Below, piece by piece: positions 51,731 through 61,822 of a stretch of 64,000 bases of DNA; within the stretch, counting starts at the first letter, position 1, and the number at the start of each line of letters is the position of its first letter. The notes beneath the pieces are model-generated. The model was not told the origin of the DNA, did no database searches, and saw only the letters and a list, made by a program, of their open reading frames with translations. The stretch is from the NCBI GenBank assembly GCA_041746575.1, contig JBGTGT010000084.1, positions 19,269 to 83,268 on the forward strand, written 5' to 3'. The stretch is from Microcystaceae cyanobacterium (GTDB lineage: Bacteria > Cyanobacteriota > Cyanobacteriia > Cyanobacteriales > Microcystaceae). The position numbers and the translations under genes were made by a program.

Positions 51731-52393
51731 TTAGTCGAGATTAACGCCCAAAGGTAAAGGACAAGACACATTCGTCCCTCCCAATCCACAATAGCCGTTA
51801 GGATTTTTTTCTAGGTATTGTTGATGGTAATCTTCGGCATAGTAAAAAGAAGGCGCATCGAGAATTTCCGTGGCAATTTGTCCATAGCCCGAATCAGACA
51901 GGGCTTTTTGATACATTTTACGGGATTCTTCGGCTTGTTGCTTTTGTTCTTCGGAATAAGTATAAATGCCAGAACGATACTGCGTTCCCACATCATTGCC
52001 TTGACGCATCTCTTGGGTTGGGTCATGACTTTCCCAGAAAACCTTTAATAATTGGTTATAATTGATGATTTTGGGGTCATAAACCACCAAAACAACTTCA
52101 TTATGTCCTGTCATACCTGAACAGACTTCTTGATAGGTAGGGTTGGGGGTATATCCTGCCGCATATCCGACTGATGTACTATAAACGCCTTCCAATTGCC
52201 AAAATTTACGTTCTGCTCCCCAAAAACACCCTAAACCAAACATTGCGGTTTTCATACCCTCAGGAAAAGGGGGTTTAAGAGGATTTCCATTGATATAATG
52301 AACATTTTCAAGGGGCATTTCAGCTTTTCTGCCGGGTAACGCTTCTTCCGGCTTAGGCATCGTTGCTTTCTTTCCTAATCCTAACCAAGACAT
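51731..52393 (-). CDS. msrA: Peptide-methionine (S)-S-oxide reductase
   Basis: [34 protein letters not shown] and GYCG. Confidence 0.97.
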   Translation of the reverse strand: MSWLGLGKKATMPKPEEALPGRKAEMPLENVHYINGNPLKPPFPEGMKTAMFGLGCFWGAERKFWQLEGVYSTSVGYAAGYTPNPTYQEVCSGMTGHNEVVLVVYDPKIINYNQLLKVFWESHDPTQEMRQGNDVGTQYRSGIYTYSEEQKQQAEESRKMYQKALSDSGYGQIATEILDAPSFYYAEDYHQQYLEKNPNGYCGLGGTNVSCPLPLGVNLD

Positions 52394-52528
52394 AAATCAA
52401 AATCCTATTCATTAAAAAGACTCTCTTTTAACTTAACAAAAATTGATAGTTAATCTGTTGTCGGATAAAAGTAAATTTAACTGGCTTAACATGATAAAAG
52501 AATAAACTTTTTAAGCATAAAGAGGTTA

Positions 52529-53899
52529 ATGATGCAGATTTTAACAGAAAACATTGATTTAGCTTCGATTTTAAAAAAAAGACGACAAAAATTAGCAGAA
52601 TTATTTGAATATCCTGTGTTATTGTGGTCGGGAATCGCTCCTTCTCGTAATTTTCCGGCCAACCGTTATCCCTTCCGCGCCAGTAGTCACTTTCTCTATT
52701 TTGCTGGTTTTAACCTAGAAAATAGGGTTGTTCAGCTAGAAAATGGTGATTTAACCCTATTTATCCCAGAAGCTTCTCCAGATAGTGCTTTGTGGCATGG
52801 AGAAAGTCCTTCTCCTCAAGCATTCGGCCGGCAAATAGGGGCAAAAGCCGTTTATCCTCTCACTGAATTAGCGCACCATACTGCTAACGCTGCAACCATT
52901 GCAATGCAAGATGTTTCTACTTATCAACAGCAACTTGAGGTCTTAGAGCGTCAAATTCTCCCCGAAGCAATTGATTTAGAGTTAATGAAAGCGATTGTTA
53001 GGTTACGTCTGACTCAGGATGATTTTGCCTTGCAGGAAATGAGAAAAGCGGCAAAAGTTGCTACCAAAGCCCATCTACAAGGCATAAAAAAGACAAAAAA
53101 CGCTAAAACAGAAGCAGAAATTCGAGGAATAATGGAAAGCGTCATTATCGGGCATAATATGACTTGCTCTTATAACAGTATCGTGACCGTACAAGGGGAA
53201 GTCCTACACAATGAAAACTATCATCATTCTCTCAAAATGGGCGATTTATTACTAGCAGATGTGGGGGCAGAAACGGAGATGGGTTATGCTTCGGATATTA
53301 CCCGAACTTGGCCAGTTTCAGGCAAATTCACAACGACACAACGGGATATTTATCATATCGTCTTAGCCGCCCATGATGCTTGCATTGCCAACGTTGCGCC
53401 ATCGGTTGAATATGAGGAGATTCATCGAATGGGATGCTTGATTTTAGCAGAAGGATTAGTTGATTTAGGTATTTTGCGAGGAAATCCTGAAACTTTAGTG
53501 AAAATAGACGCTCATGCTTTATTTTTTCCCCACGGTATTGGCCACTTGTTAGGATTAGATGTACATGATATGGAAGATTTGGGAGATTTAGCTGGCTATG
53601 AAGCAGGAAGAGAAAGAAGTGACCGTTTTGGACTCAAATACTTGCGTTTAAATCGTCCTTTGCGTTCAGGAATGGTGGTTACTATTGAACCGGGGTTTTA
53701 TCAAGTCCCAGCCTTGTTAAATCATGTTAATTTTCGAGAAAAGTATAAAAAAGTAGTTAATTGGGAGAAATTAGAACAATTTGCTGATGTTCGAGGAATT
53801 CGCATTGAAGACGATATTTTAGTTACCGATAAAGGTGCAGAAATTTTAAGCCCAAATTTGCCGAGTCAAGCAACCGAAATTGAAAACTTAATGGGGTAG
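52529..53899 (+). CDS. pepP: Xaa-Pro aminopeptidase (M24)
   Basis: LHN, DVGAE, ASDITRT, HGIGHLLGLDVHD, TIEPG and GIRIEDD. Confidence 0.9.
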   Translation: MMQILTENIDLASILKKRRQKLAELFEYPVLLWSGIAPSRNFPANRYPFRASSHFLYFAGFNLENRVVQLENGDLTLFIPEASPDSALWHGESPSPQAFGRQIGAKAVYPLTELAHHTANAATIAMQDVSTYQQQLEVLERQILPEAIDLELMKAIVRLRLTQDDFALQEMRKAAKVATKAHLQGIKKTKNAKTEAEIRGIMESVIIGHNMTCSYNSIVTVQGEVLHNENYHHSLKMGDLLLADVGAETEMGYASDITRTWPVSGKFTTTQRDIYHIVLAAHDACIANVAPSVEYEEIHRMGCLILAEGLVDLGILRGNPETLVKIDAHALFFPHGIGHLLGLDVHDMEDLGDLAGYEAGRERSDRFGLKYLRLNRPLRSGMVVTIEPGFYQVPALLNHVNFREKYKKVVNWEKLEQFADVRGIRIEDDILVTDKGAEILSPNLPSQATEIENLMG

Positions 53900-53985
53900 A
53901 AACATTGTGAAGTCTTGCTAAGGAATGGTTTAAAGCGTTTCTCAGCAAAAATATACTAAGGAAAGACCCTATCAAGGAGGAAAAT

Positions 53986-54306
53986 ATGTCCGCATCTACT
54001 GAAATGCTCAAACACAAAACCGCCTACGTTGCCATCGGGGAATTTAAACCGGGCATGTTTACTAAAGCACAAGAATTATATGAAAAAGCAGTTTCTAACT
54101 ACAGTCAAGGCTTTAAAGGCTCATTTTTGCTTAATAAAACAGGAACAGACGAAGGAATTGCCATTATTATGTGGGATGATGCCAGTGATATGCCCGATAG
54201 TCAACACGATGTGCATCGAGAATTCTTGGAGCAGATGAATAAACTGTTTGTCAAACCGCCTGTTACAGATTTTTATGAAATTTGTAGCGAAATTAGAGCC
54301 CAGTAG
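53986..54306 (+). CDS. Antibiotic biosynthesis monooxygenase (ABM)-like small protein
   Basis: 106 aa; AGGAGG SD; F-K-P-G..GFKG..W pattern of dimeric alpha-beta barrel proteins. Confidence 0.65.
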   Translation: MSASTEMLKHKTAYVAIGEFKPGMFTKAQELYEKAVSNYSQGFKGSFLLNKTGTDEGIAIIMWDDASDMPDSQHDVHREFLEQMNKLFVKPPVTDFYEICSEIRAQ

Positions 54307-54626
54307 GATTCCGTTTAAGCAGTCATCGGGTATCCTCCGTGAAACGTAAAATAAGTATCTTGCCTGTAGTGCAAAATTCGCTCGATCAACCGTAATAAAA
54401 TTGTAAAATTAATTACTAAATGCAGGCCTTGCATACCTAAAAATTTAGGGTCATTTAAGCAGATTTGATATTACAATTTTCTAGCTTGTGACAGGTAAGA
54501 TTTCTATTTGGCTTATTCACGAATGCTTTAGACTTACTTATATTTTATAATGCGTAATCTGGTCGCTGGAAACTAATTTGATGCTACTAATAAATAGGGA
54601 ATGATAATGAAAGATGATATTGTTAG

Positions 54627-54810
54627 ACGTGAGTTCGGCGAGGGCAATTATCTCAATTTTTTTGTTCATTCTGATTGGGATTGGGAAAGGAAAAACAAAT
54701 TCTTGATTGGGGGACTAGCCCCCCAAACCCCCCAACGGGGGACGGAGTGCCTCCCCCGCACCCCCTGCACAAAATAAATGAAAAAAAATTAAATATGGTC
54801 GAACTCACGT
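54627..54810. mobile_element. MITE (184 bp), second copy in inverted orientation
   Basis: ACGTGAGTTCG...CGAACTCACGT; identical to the reverse complement of 29207-29371 apart from a 42-bp GC-rich extra segment and a 23-bp deletion; no target duplication visible. Confidence 0.9.
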
Positions 54811-54884
54811 TCGTGAAGAACTTCTCTCACAAAAGAAAGCAATAAAATAAAATAATACAAAGTACCCGTTCACAGACAAGATAT

Positions 54885-56210
54885 TTATGAAAATCCTCTC
54901 ATTTTATCAGGATTCATCAAGCCGTAGGGGTCAACCTGTTTCTTAAAATTCAACTGCACTGGATCAATCACTTTTCGTCCCCCATCTTCTAAAATATAAG
55001 TATGAGGATTAGCAATAAAAATACCGTGTTTTTCGTGATAGTCAATAATTTCATTTAAGCGAGATTCCGTAGTAAATTGAACGAGAGGTAACCCCGAAGG
55101 AATGCCTTTGCCATTAATTCGCATAAATTCGAGGTGAATAACGACCTCATCGCCAAAATAGCGATAACAATGCTCAACCTTATCTAAGGTAAAATAAAGG
55201 GTTTGTAAATAGGTCAAATTAGGGTCAATGTTACGGGCGTGTAGAGTTGTATGATTCCACGTAAATTCTAATAAAAGGGGTTTTTTGTTACTTTCTTGCC
55301 CTAAATTTTGATAGGTGATTTTTCCTTTATATTCTTGAACTAATTCTTGAAAAAGGACTAAATCATATTCAGAGATCATTAATAAAGCGGCCGATTTTCC
55401 GTCAGGCAAGTAATCTTTTAGGGCAGTAAAATAACGACTAATGCGCCCATCTTGAATACTCACTAATTTTTTGACAATACCATCACTGTCGCTTAACGCT
55501 TGACCAAATCTGGCCGCCGTCATGAAATCATTAAAAATCACGATTAATTCTAGCCAAGGATAAGCAGGCGCAAGCGGAATCTCTAATTCTGTAATAATTC
55601 CATTTGTACCGTAAGCATGGGCAACTTTTTGAATGTCATCGCCTTGTAATTCTACGACTTTTGGCGTATCTTCAAGGGTTACCACGCGTATGCGCTGTAC
55701 ATTTCCCCGATCCCGTAATTGTCCATAGGTAATCGAACCAATACCCCCACTTCCGCCGGCAATAAACCCTCCCAGCGTTGCTGTGCGATAGGTAGAAGGC
55801 ATCATGCGCAATTCCCAGCCAATCGCTCTTGCTTTTTTGTCTAAAACTGCTAATTTAATTCCTGCTTCCACACAAGCTATCCCCGCTTTGAGCCAACGAA
55901 TTTGATTTAATTTTGTTAAATCTAAGATAATTCCGCCTTGAAGGGGAATACACTGACCATAGTTTCCCGTTCCTGCGCCTCTTACCGTGAGCGGAATTTT
56001 ATGCTCAGCACAAACTTGCGCTACTGTCAAGACTTCTACTTCTGTCGTGGGGCGAACCACCAAGTCTCCCCGTTTATCTTGGAGTTTTTGAGCTAAAATT
56101 GGACTGAAATGGTAGTAGTCGAGAGATAACTTGGCAATTTGAGTGGGATCGGTAATAATTTCTATAGGGGAGAGGTCTTGAATAATAACATCCCATTCGA
56201 TCGCTGTCAT
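54885..56210 (-). CDS. FAD-binding oxidoreductase (FAD_binding_4 / GlcD-like)
   Basis: RGAGTGNYGQ, ATLGGFIAGGSGG, HAYGTNGII, NPHT and DPYGLMNP. Confidence 0.88.
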   Translation of the reverse strand: MTAIEWDVIIQDLSPIEIITDPTQIAKLSLDYYHFSPILAQKLQDKRGDLVVRPTTEVEVLTVAQVCAEHKIPLTVRGAGTGNYGQCIPLQGGIILDLTKLNQIRWLKAGIACVEAGIKLAVLDKKARAIGWELRMMPSTYRTATLGGFIAGGSGGIGSITYGQLRDRGNVQRIRVVTLEDTPKVVELQGDDIQKVAHAYGTNGIITELEIPLAPAYPWLELIVIFNDFMTAARFGQALSDSDGIVKKLVSIQDGRISRYFTALKDYLPDGKSAALLMISEYDLVLFQELVQEYKGKITYQNLGQESNKKPLLLEFTWNHTTLHARNIDPNLTYLQTLYFTLDKVEHCYRYFGDEVVIHLEFMRINGKGIPSGLPLVQFTTESRLNEIIDYHEKHGIFIANPHTYILEDGGRKVIDPVQLNFKKQVDPYGLMNPDKMRGFS

Positions 56211-56386
56211 ACGTTTCGTTTAGAAGAGTTAGAAGTAGCTTAAGGCGGAAACTAAACTATTTGCTAAGATCAGTCAATCAACTTCGTGTCGGGATTCCTG
56301 TAAGGATGACTAAAGATTGATCGTACTTGAAATTAACGTTTTTCTTAACCTTCCCAAAGGAATTTAAAGATCAAACCTTCCTTAAT

Positions 56387-57634
56387 TTAATCTAAATTTG
56401 GTTTTCGGGTCATAACCCCTTGAAAAAGCTGAATGAGTTGCTCTCTAATCAATCGTCTTAACTTAAAAGCCATGCGTCGAGAAACACTCTTTAAAACCTG
56501 TAGGCGATGACGCATTGTCGGCAGACGGAAGATATAAGCAAAGCGACGTACAACGGCGGCAAAATGTCCTTCTAAATTAAGTCCAAATGTGGAAATAATG
56601 GCATCTCCGTGACCCAAGGTTAACATATCCCCAACATGAAAATAGTGGAAGGGTTTAGTTGTTTTTTTCGCCATCAAAGCGACTAAATTCTGCGTCACAC
56701 AACTAGCCATTTGATAAGCCGACTGTGCTGTTGCCGGAATAGATTGGCGTTTTCCTTGAATTTCCGCCATATCTCCTAAAGCAAAAACGTTAGGATAGTC
56801 TATCAATTGCAAACTGCTAAGGGTTAATAATTTTCCTTGAGCATCTTGCGCACAATCTAAGGTTTTTACCCAATCCCTCGCTTCTACCCCAGCCGTCCAA
56901 ATCACTAAATCCGTCTGTAACGTATAGATATGATCATCCCGTTCTATCACAATTTGGTCACTGTGAATCGCTTTGACGTTGGTTTGAAACTCAATACGAA
57001 TGCCACGGCTAGATAAGGCACGATAGGACGCTTTGCGTACCCCTGTGGAAAATCCTTTTAATAATGCCCCACCTCGCTCAATAATCCGAACTTCACCTCG
57101 ATTCTTTAATTTATCTGCAACTTTACACGCTAATTCAACCCCATTCGGACCCCCTCCAATCACGGTTACCCTTAATCGTTGTCTTTCAGTAGTTTCCAGT
57201 CGGTGCAATTCCGCTTGTAATCGTTCTAAGTCAGTTAAATTGCGAAACGTCAGCGCATGGTCTTTTAGACCGGCAATCTCTGGCCAACGATTCTGATTTC
57301 CCACAGATATGACTAAATAATCATAATAAAAAGTATTGCCCTGCGCCAATTCTACCTGTTGCGCTTCAAAGTTAATATTTGTAACTTTGTCTTGACAAAA
57401 TTGGATCGGCGTAGATCTCAGTAAACGTTGATAACTCGGAATAATCTCCCAGCGTTGCAATTCCCCCGTAATCAACTCATAGAGCAACGGCGTGAAGACA
57501 AAATGTTCATTGCGTTCTACGAGTGTAATTTCACAGTGTCCCGATTTTACCCATGAGGACTGACTAAGATACAGAGCAGTGTATAAACCACCAAAACCTC
57601 CGCCTAAGATACAAACTTTAATGGGCTGCTTCAT
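56387..57634 (-). CDS. Type II NADH dehydrogenase-family FAD oxidoreductase (NdbB-like)
   Basis: ILGGGFGGL, FTPLLYEL, IGGGPNGVELA, FALGD and PATAQSAYQ. Confidence 0.85.
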   Translation of the reverse strand: MKQPIKVCILGGGFGGLYTALYLSQSSWVKSGHCEITLVERNEHFVFTPLLYELITGELQRWEIIPSYQRLLRSTPIQFCQDKVTNINFEAQQVELAQGNTFYYDYLVISVGNQNRWPEIAGLKDHALTFRNLTDLERLQAELHRLETTERQRLRVTVIGGGPNGVELACKVADKLKNRGEVRIIERGGALLKGFSTGVRKASYRALSSRGIRIEFQTNVKAIHSDQIVIERDDHIYTLQTDLVIWTAGVEARDWVKTLDCAQDAQGKLLTLSSLQLIDYPNVFALGDMAEIQGKRQSIPATAQSAYQMASCVTQNLVALMAKKTTKPFHYFHVGDMLTLGHGDAIISTFGLNLEGHFAAVVRRFAYIFRLPTMRHRLQVLKSVSRRMAFKLRRLIREQLIQLFQGVMTRKPNLD

Positions 57635-57650
57635 TTTGCTTCCTCATAAT

Positions 57651-59108
57651 TCAAAATTCAAAGTAAATAAATTGGGACTGGGTTTGAGCGGCGAGTAAAA
57701 CCGTTAACCCCAATAATATAGGCGAAATCCACGGATTAAGCAAAAACTCATATTCATATTTCTTGCGCCATACTGCTAAATGTTCTAAGAAAAGAACACC
57801 AATGGCTAAAAACAGGGTAATTCCTAAGGCAACTGCCTCGTTGACGTTATAAGAACTCAAAAATTCGCCAAGATTATTAAGGGAATAATTTAAGGGATTC
57901 AGTAAGGTTAACAGCTTTGTCCAGAGTTGGCGACTATTGGTTTCCATAAAAAAGAAACAACCAAAAGTGACCGAAGCAAAAGTGAGAAACCATGAGATAA
58001 ACTGCGCTTTGCCCAAATATTGACCTATAACTCCGTAAAAAGGTCTGCCAAGATAACGCAAGACCAATAGTAGCGCACCGTGATAAGCCCCCCAAATAAT
58101 GAAATTCCACGCCGCCCCGTGCCAAAATCCAGATAAAGTAAAGGTTAAAAAGAGATAAAAAGGGGCCCACTCTTTTTTTGAACCCATTAAAGGTAAAAAG
58201 ACATAATCTCGAAACCATGTACTGAGGGTAATGTGCCAACGTCGCCAAAATTCATTAATACTTTGAGAAGTATAAGGAGCGAGGAAATTCACCGTTAATT
58301 TTATGCCCAAAAAGTAGGCTAATCCTACTGCTATAAAACTATACCCCGCAAAATCAAAATAGATTCTTAACGTGAATAAAAAGGTAACAAACCAAATAAA
58401 CCAAGGGTTAGTAGTACTACTTTGGTTAATGAAAGGGGCTAAATTATCCGCTAACACGAACTTCATAAAAAAGCCCAAAGAAATCCACTTTAAACCCGTT
58501 TCAATGTTTTCTACGGTAAATTTAAATTGAAACTTCTCAATTTGAGGAAATAAATCTCGACGACGTTCAATTGGCCCTGCTACAATTTGCGGGAAAAAAG
58601 CAACAAAGTTAATATAGTCTAAAAAACCAATAGGTTGCTTCTTGCGGGCCACTAAAGAGTCCACTACAAAAGAAACCATTTGAAAGGTATAAAATGAAAC
58701 ACCGGGCGGAATTCTCGTTGTTACAGGAAGAGGAGAAACCTGTTGCCAATTATTGGGAATATTAATAAATAAACCAATAACATCTTCGACAAAAAAAACG
58801 TAATATTTAAAATAGGCTAAAATACTAATATTAACAATAATAGTAATGGCGGCAATGATTTTTGCTTGAGGTGGCGGACAGCGTAACATCCATTGCACCA
58901 TCACATAGTTAAAGATGATTTCTCCTACAAAAACAACAAAACTAGAAGCACTAGCGTTGTAAAATAAAAAGAGAGAAGCAAAAGCTAATCCCAAACCGTC
59001 AAACATCCAGTGCCAGCAATTAAAGGATTTGGCAAGGTAACGAACGGTCAAAAAAGGAATAAAAAAGAGGAATAATATCCACCAAAAGGAAAAATCGGAA
59101 TAGTTCAT
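57651..59108 (-). CDS. MBOAT-family O-acyltransferase (AlgI/DltB-like)
   Basis: GVSFYTFQ, FFPQIVAGPIER, IYFDFAGYS, FWRRWHITLSTWFRDYVF and SGFWHGA (catalytic His). Confidence 0.93.
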   Translation of the reverse strand: MNYSDFSFWWILFLFFIPFLTVRYLAKSFNCWHWMFDGLGLAFASLFLFYNASASSFVVFVGEIIFNYVMVQWMLRCPPPQAKIIAAITIIVNISILAYFKYYVFFVEDVIGLFINIPNNWQQVSPLPVTTRIPPGVSFYTFQMVSFVVDSLVARKKQPIGFLDYINFVAFFPQIVAGPIERRRDLFPQIEKFQFKFTVENIETGLKWISLGFFMKFVLADNLAPFINQSSTTNPWFIWFVTFLFTLRIYFDFAGYSFIAVGLAYFLGIKLTVNFLAPYTSQSINEFWRRWHITLSTWFRDYVFLPLMGSKKEWAPFYLFLTFTLSGFWHGAAWNFIIWGAYHGALLLVLRYLGRPFYGVIGQYLGKAQFISWFLTFASVTFGCFFFMETNSRQLWTKLLTLLNPLNYSLNNLGEFLSSYNVNEAVALGITLFLAIGVLFLEHLAVWRKKYEYEFLLNPWISPILLGLTVLLAAQTQSQFIYFEF

Positions 59109-59212
59109 GTAAACAATGAATTATTAATAAGGCATTATGAATAAATGGAACGTAGGGTCAATTCGGAGCATAAAAATCTCGTTATTGCCCTTTATCCACT
59201 TATCAAATTGAT

Positions 59213-59611
59213 TTATCCCTTTGAGCGGCCAAAGAGTCCCCAACCTCCCTTTTTGTTGTCTTTAGGAGCTTCTATTTTGGGGGCAGGAGTTGCCGTAACA
59301 TCAAGATTAGTAACAGCTTGATCTAAATCGTAGTTTTCTGCTAAGAATGAAGCTGCTTTTTCAATGCTGGGATAATCCCAGAATAAGGTATCGGGTAATT
59401 CTAAATCGAGGGAATCCTCTAAATCCCCAACGAGGGTAACGGCATCAATAGAATCAAGTCCATAGCGGGTTAAGGGTTCAGATACCTCAATGGCACTGCT
59501 ATCTAAGGAAAGCTGTTCGGACAATTGATTAATTAACCATTGTTCCAAAATTTGAGTTGAGGATGCCGTTTCAAGGCTATCAGCTTTGAAGTTGGAGGTT
59601 TGCAGTTGCAT
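59213..59611 (-). CDS. Acyl carrier protein
   Basis: YGLDSIDAV phosphopantetheine site and LFWDYPSI; start overlaps the dehydrogenase 3' end. Confidence 0.9.
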   Translation of the reverse strand: MQLQTSNFKADSLETASSTQILEQWLINQLSEQLSLDSSAIEVSEPLTRYGLDSIDAVTLVGDLEDSLDLELPDTLFWDYPSIEKAASFLAENYDLDQAVTNLDVTATPAPKIEAPKDNKKGGWGLFGRSKG

Positions 59612-61394
59612 AGGAAGAGTCCTCTCTATCTTGGGTTTGTAATTGAGCTAATTGAAAAGGAACAATTGAGAATAGTTTATCTTCTTTATGAAGTTTTAGC
59701 AGTTCTTGGGCAACATTTTCGACATAAGTCTCAGAAATGCCATAAGGCAGGGGTCGAATTTGTTTTAAAAGACGTTGTAAACTCAGTACTAACCATTCTC
59801 CTTTGGCAAAAAATTCTCCGAGGATTTCTCGATTGTAAATCCACAGATGCAGACAACAAGCGGCGGTATGAAGAACGCAATATTTCTTGGCGATTTCAAA
59901 TTGTTCAGGGGATTGATCGTGACCAAATTCAAACTTAGAATGGACAATACGTTCATCGTGGGCATCAAGTTCTTCTAAGACTAAACCGCCTAATTCGATG
60001 ACTTTTTCTAATACATCTAAATTAACGTTTCCCGCCGTTTTTAAGCCGTCTAATTGAGTGAGGACAATTTCCAATCCCTGTAAGGGGTCATCCATTCCTC
60101 GCCCGAAAAGCTCCAATTTTTGAGGATTAAAAGCTGGTAAAGGCTTCTCAAGGGAGAAAATTGTCTCTAATCTGGCTTGTATTTTTTCTAGGGTTTGCGG
60201 TTTTCGTTTGGCACGATATTTCGTTAAGGGACGCAATTGTAGAATCAGCGCATGGAGGTTAACCACAGTCGACCCATCAAACATACTGATAATAGAATTA
60301 TCTCGCAAAACTTTCTGAAAAATACCGAAATCATGCTCTTCTCGCATATAGAAACGAGATCCTAACACCACCGAGACATTATTTATTAGGGTTTCCAATT
60401 GCGTGGGGACAAAATATTTTGATACCGAAGCCCATACGCTAAATTGTTCAGGAATGACATGAAACCCTCTAGCCGCTCCAATGGTCTCACAATCGCACAT
60501 TAAGAGGTCTAGAAAGGCATCTACTAGGGTTTGACGGGGTTGGGGCAACTCAAAGACCGTCTTGCCGTAAACAATACGTTTCAAGGCAAAATTAAGCGTC
60601 GTTCGTAAAGCTGTATCTGCCGCCCCATGAGAGAAAGCACAGCAAAGGGTGCGGGTAATTTGGAAGCCTTTGAGGGCGAGTTCTAAACCATCCCCTTCTG
60701 CGCCCAGACGCATCCCATCGGGAACGAAGCAATCTTTAAAGCCAATGCCACTCATATCGGAAGCCCGAATGCCGTGGGTGTAGATTTTCGGTAAATTGTA
60801 GTATTTTTCAGGATCAAGTTCCCGTTTATCGACCATGAAGAGGCTTAGACATTTAGCACCCCCCTCTTTATCCGTTTTGGCTAAGATGTAACTGATGCCG
60901 GAGATAGTCGCCCGATTAATTGGCCATTTCTCCCCATTCAGCAAATATCCTCTTTCTACCTTGGTAGCCGTTAAATCTCCGCCGACTAAATCACTGCCAT
61001 GCTCTTTTTCCGAATATCCCAAGCACATCGCTCCATTTTCATTTTTAATATAATGGGCGAGTTTTTTCTTCTGTTCTTCTGTACCGGCCATCCACGTCAA
61101 AAATGACCAAAATAGGGTGGTAAAGGCAATACCCACTGTTTGATCTCGACGGCACAGCACTTTCACAAAAGAGACGAATTCTTCAAAGGAGGTAAATTCT
61201 CCACCACACTCCGTCGGAACGTAATAATGTTGCAGTTTCCAATTGTAGAGCCAGTTCACTTCAGAATGAGGGAATTCCTCGCTTTCGTCAATGTCGATGA
61301 CCCGTTTGAAGGATAAGGGATTATTGGGGTTGAGGGGGTCACCTAAATCCTTTTCAATGGCTTGAGCGACCCAATATTGTTTAAGATTGTCCAT
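59580..61394 (-). CDS. Acyl-CoA/acyl-ACP dehydrogenase family protein
   Basis: LGYSEKEHGSDL, LNGEKWPIN, GIRASD, FELPQ and SMFDGST. Confidence 0.9.
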   Translation of the reverse strand: MDNLKQYWVAQAIEKDLGDPLNPNNPLSFKRVIDIDESEEFPHSEVNWLYNWKLQHYYVPTECGGEFTSFEEFVSFVKVLCRRDQTVGIAFTTLFWSFLTWMAGTEEQKKKLAHYIKNENGAMCLGYSEKEHGSDLVGGDLTATKVERGYLLNGEKWPINRATISGISYILAKTDKEGGAKCLSLFMVDKRELDPEKYYNLPKIYTHGIRASDMSGIGFKDCFVPDGMRLGAEGDGLELALKGFQITRTLCCAFSHGAADTALRTTLNFALKRIVYGKTVFELPQPRQTLVDAFLDLLMCDCETIGAARGFHVIPEQFSVWASVSKYFVPTQLETLINNVSVVLGSRFYMREEHDFGIFQKVLRDNSIISMFDGSTVVNLHALILQLRPLTKYRAKRKPQTLEKIQARLETIFSLEKPLPAFNPQKLELFGRGMDDPLQGLEIVLTQLDGLKTAGNVNLDVLEKVIELGGLVLEELDAHDERIVHSKFEFGHDQSPEQFEIAKKYCVLHTAACCLHLWIYNREILGEFFAKGEWLVLSLQRLLKQIRPLPYGISETYVENVAQELLKLHKEDKLFSIVPFQLAQLQTQDREDSSYATANLQLQS

Positions 61395-61822
61395 ACCTCG
61401 TTTCCCTCTGTTGACTTGGTTGAGATCGGTAAGAGCGTTGCATTACCTTAGATTACCCCAAAAGGTTAGATTCTGTTACAAAAATTAGGGTTTATTCTAA
61501 CGGTTACTTCTGGGTTTAGCAAGTTTTCTGATCACCCCCGCTCAATTTCTAATGAATGGCGATCAGAAGGTTTCAGTGATCCGTCTAGTTACCAAGATTA
61601 ACCTATCGTTAGAGATTTGGAGAAGAGGATTTTGAGATTTCTGATCATACTGAACCTTCATTACAATTCGAAAGTTTTGCTAAGGCAAGGTTGAAAAATA
61701 AAGAAACATTCCTGAAAATACAGAGTATTTTAAACTTAAGCGAAAAATTGCCTTAATGTCGGCTTAATAAATTTTTATTCAACAACTTCCTTTAAAATGT
61801 ATCCTAGTTGGCCGCTAATGAT

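Noticed and set aside
2699..59938. Numerous 60-127 aa ORFs in the track lying antisense to or inside confident genes (e.g. 2699, 6713, 8835, 14845, 20266, 29388, 32873, 57934, 59600)
   Set aside because: Shadow or alternative-frame ORFs with no recognisable motifs.
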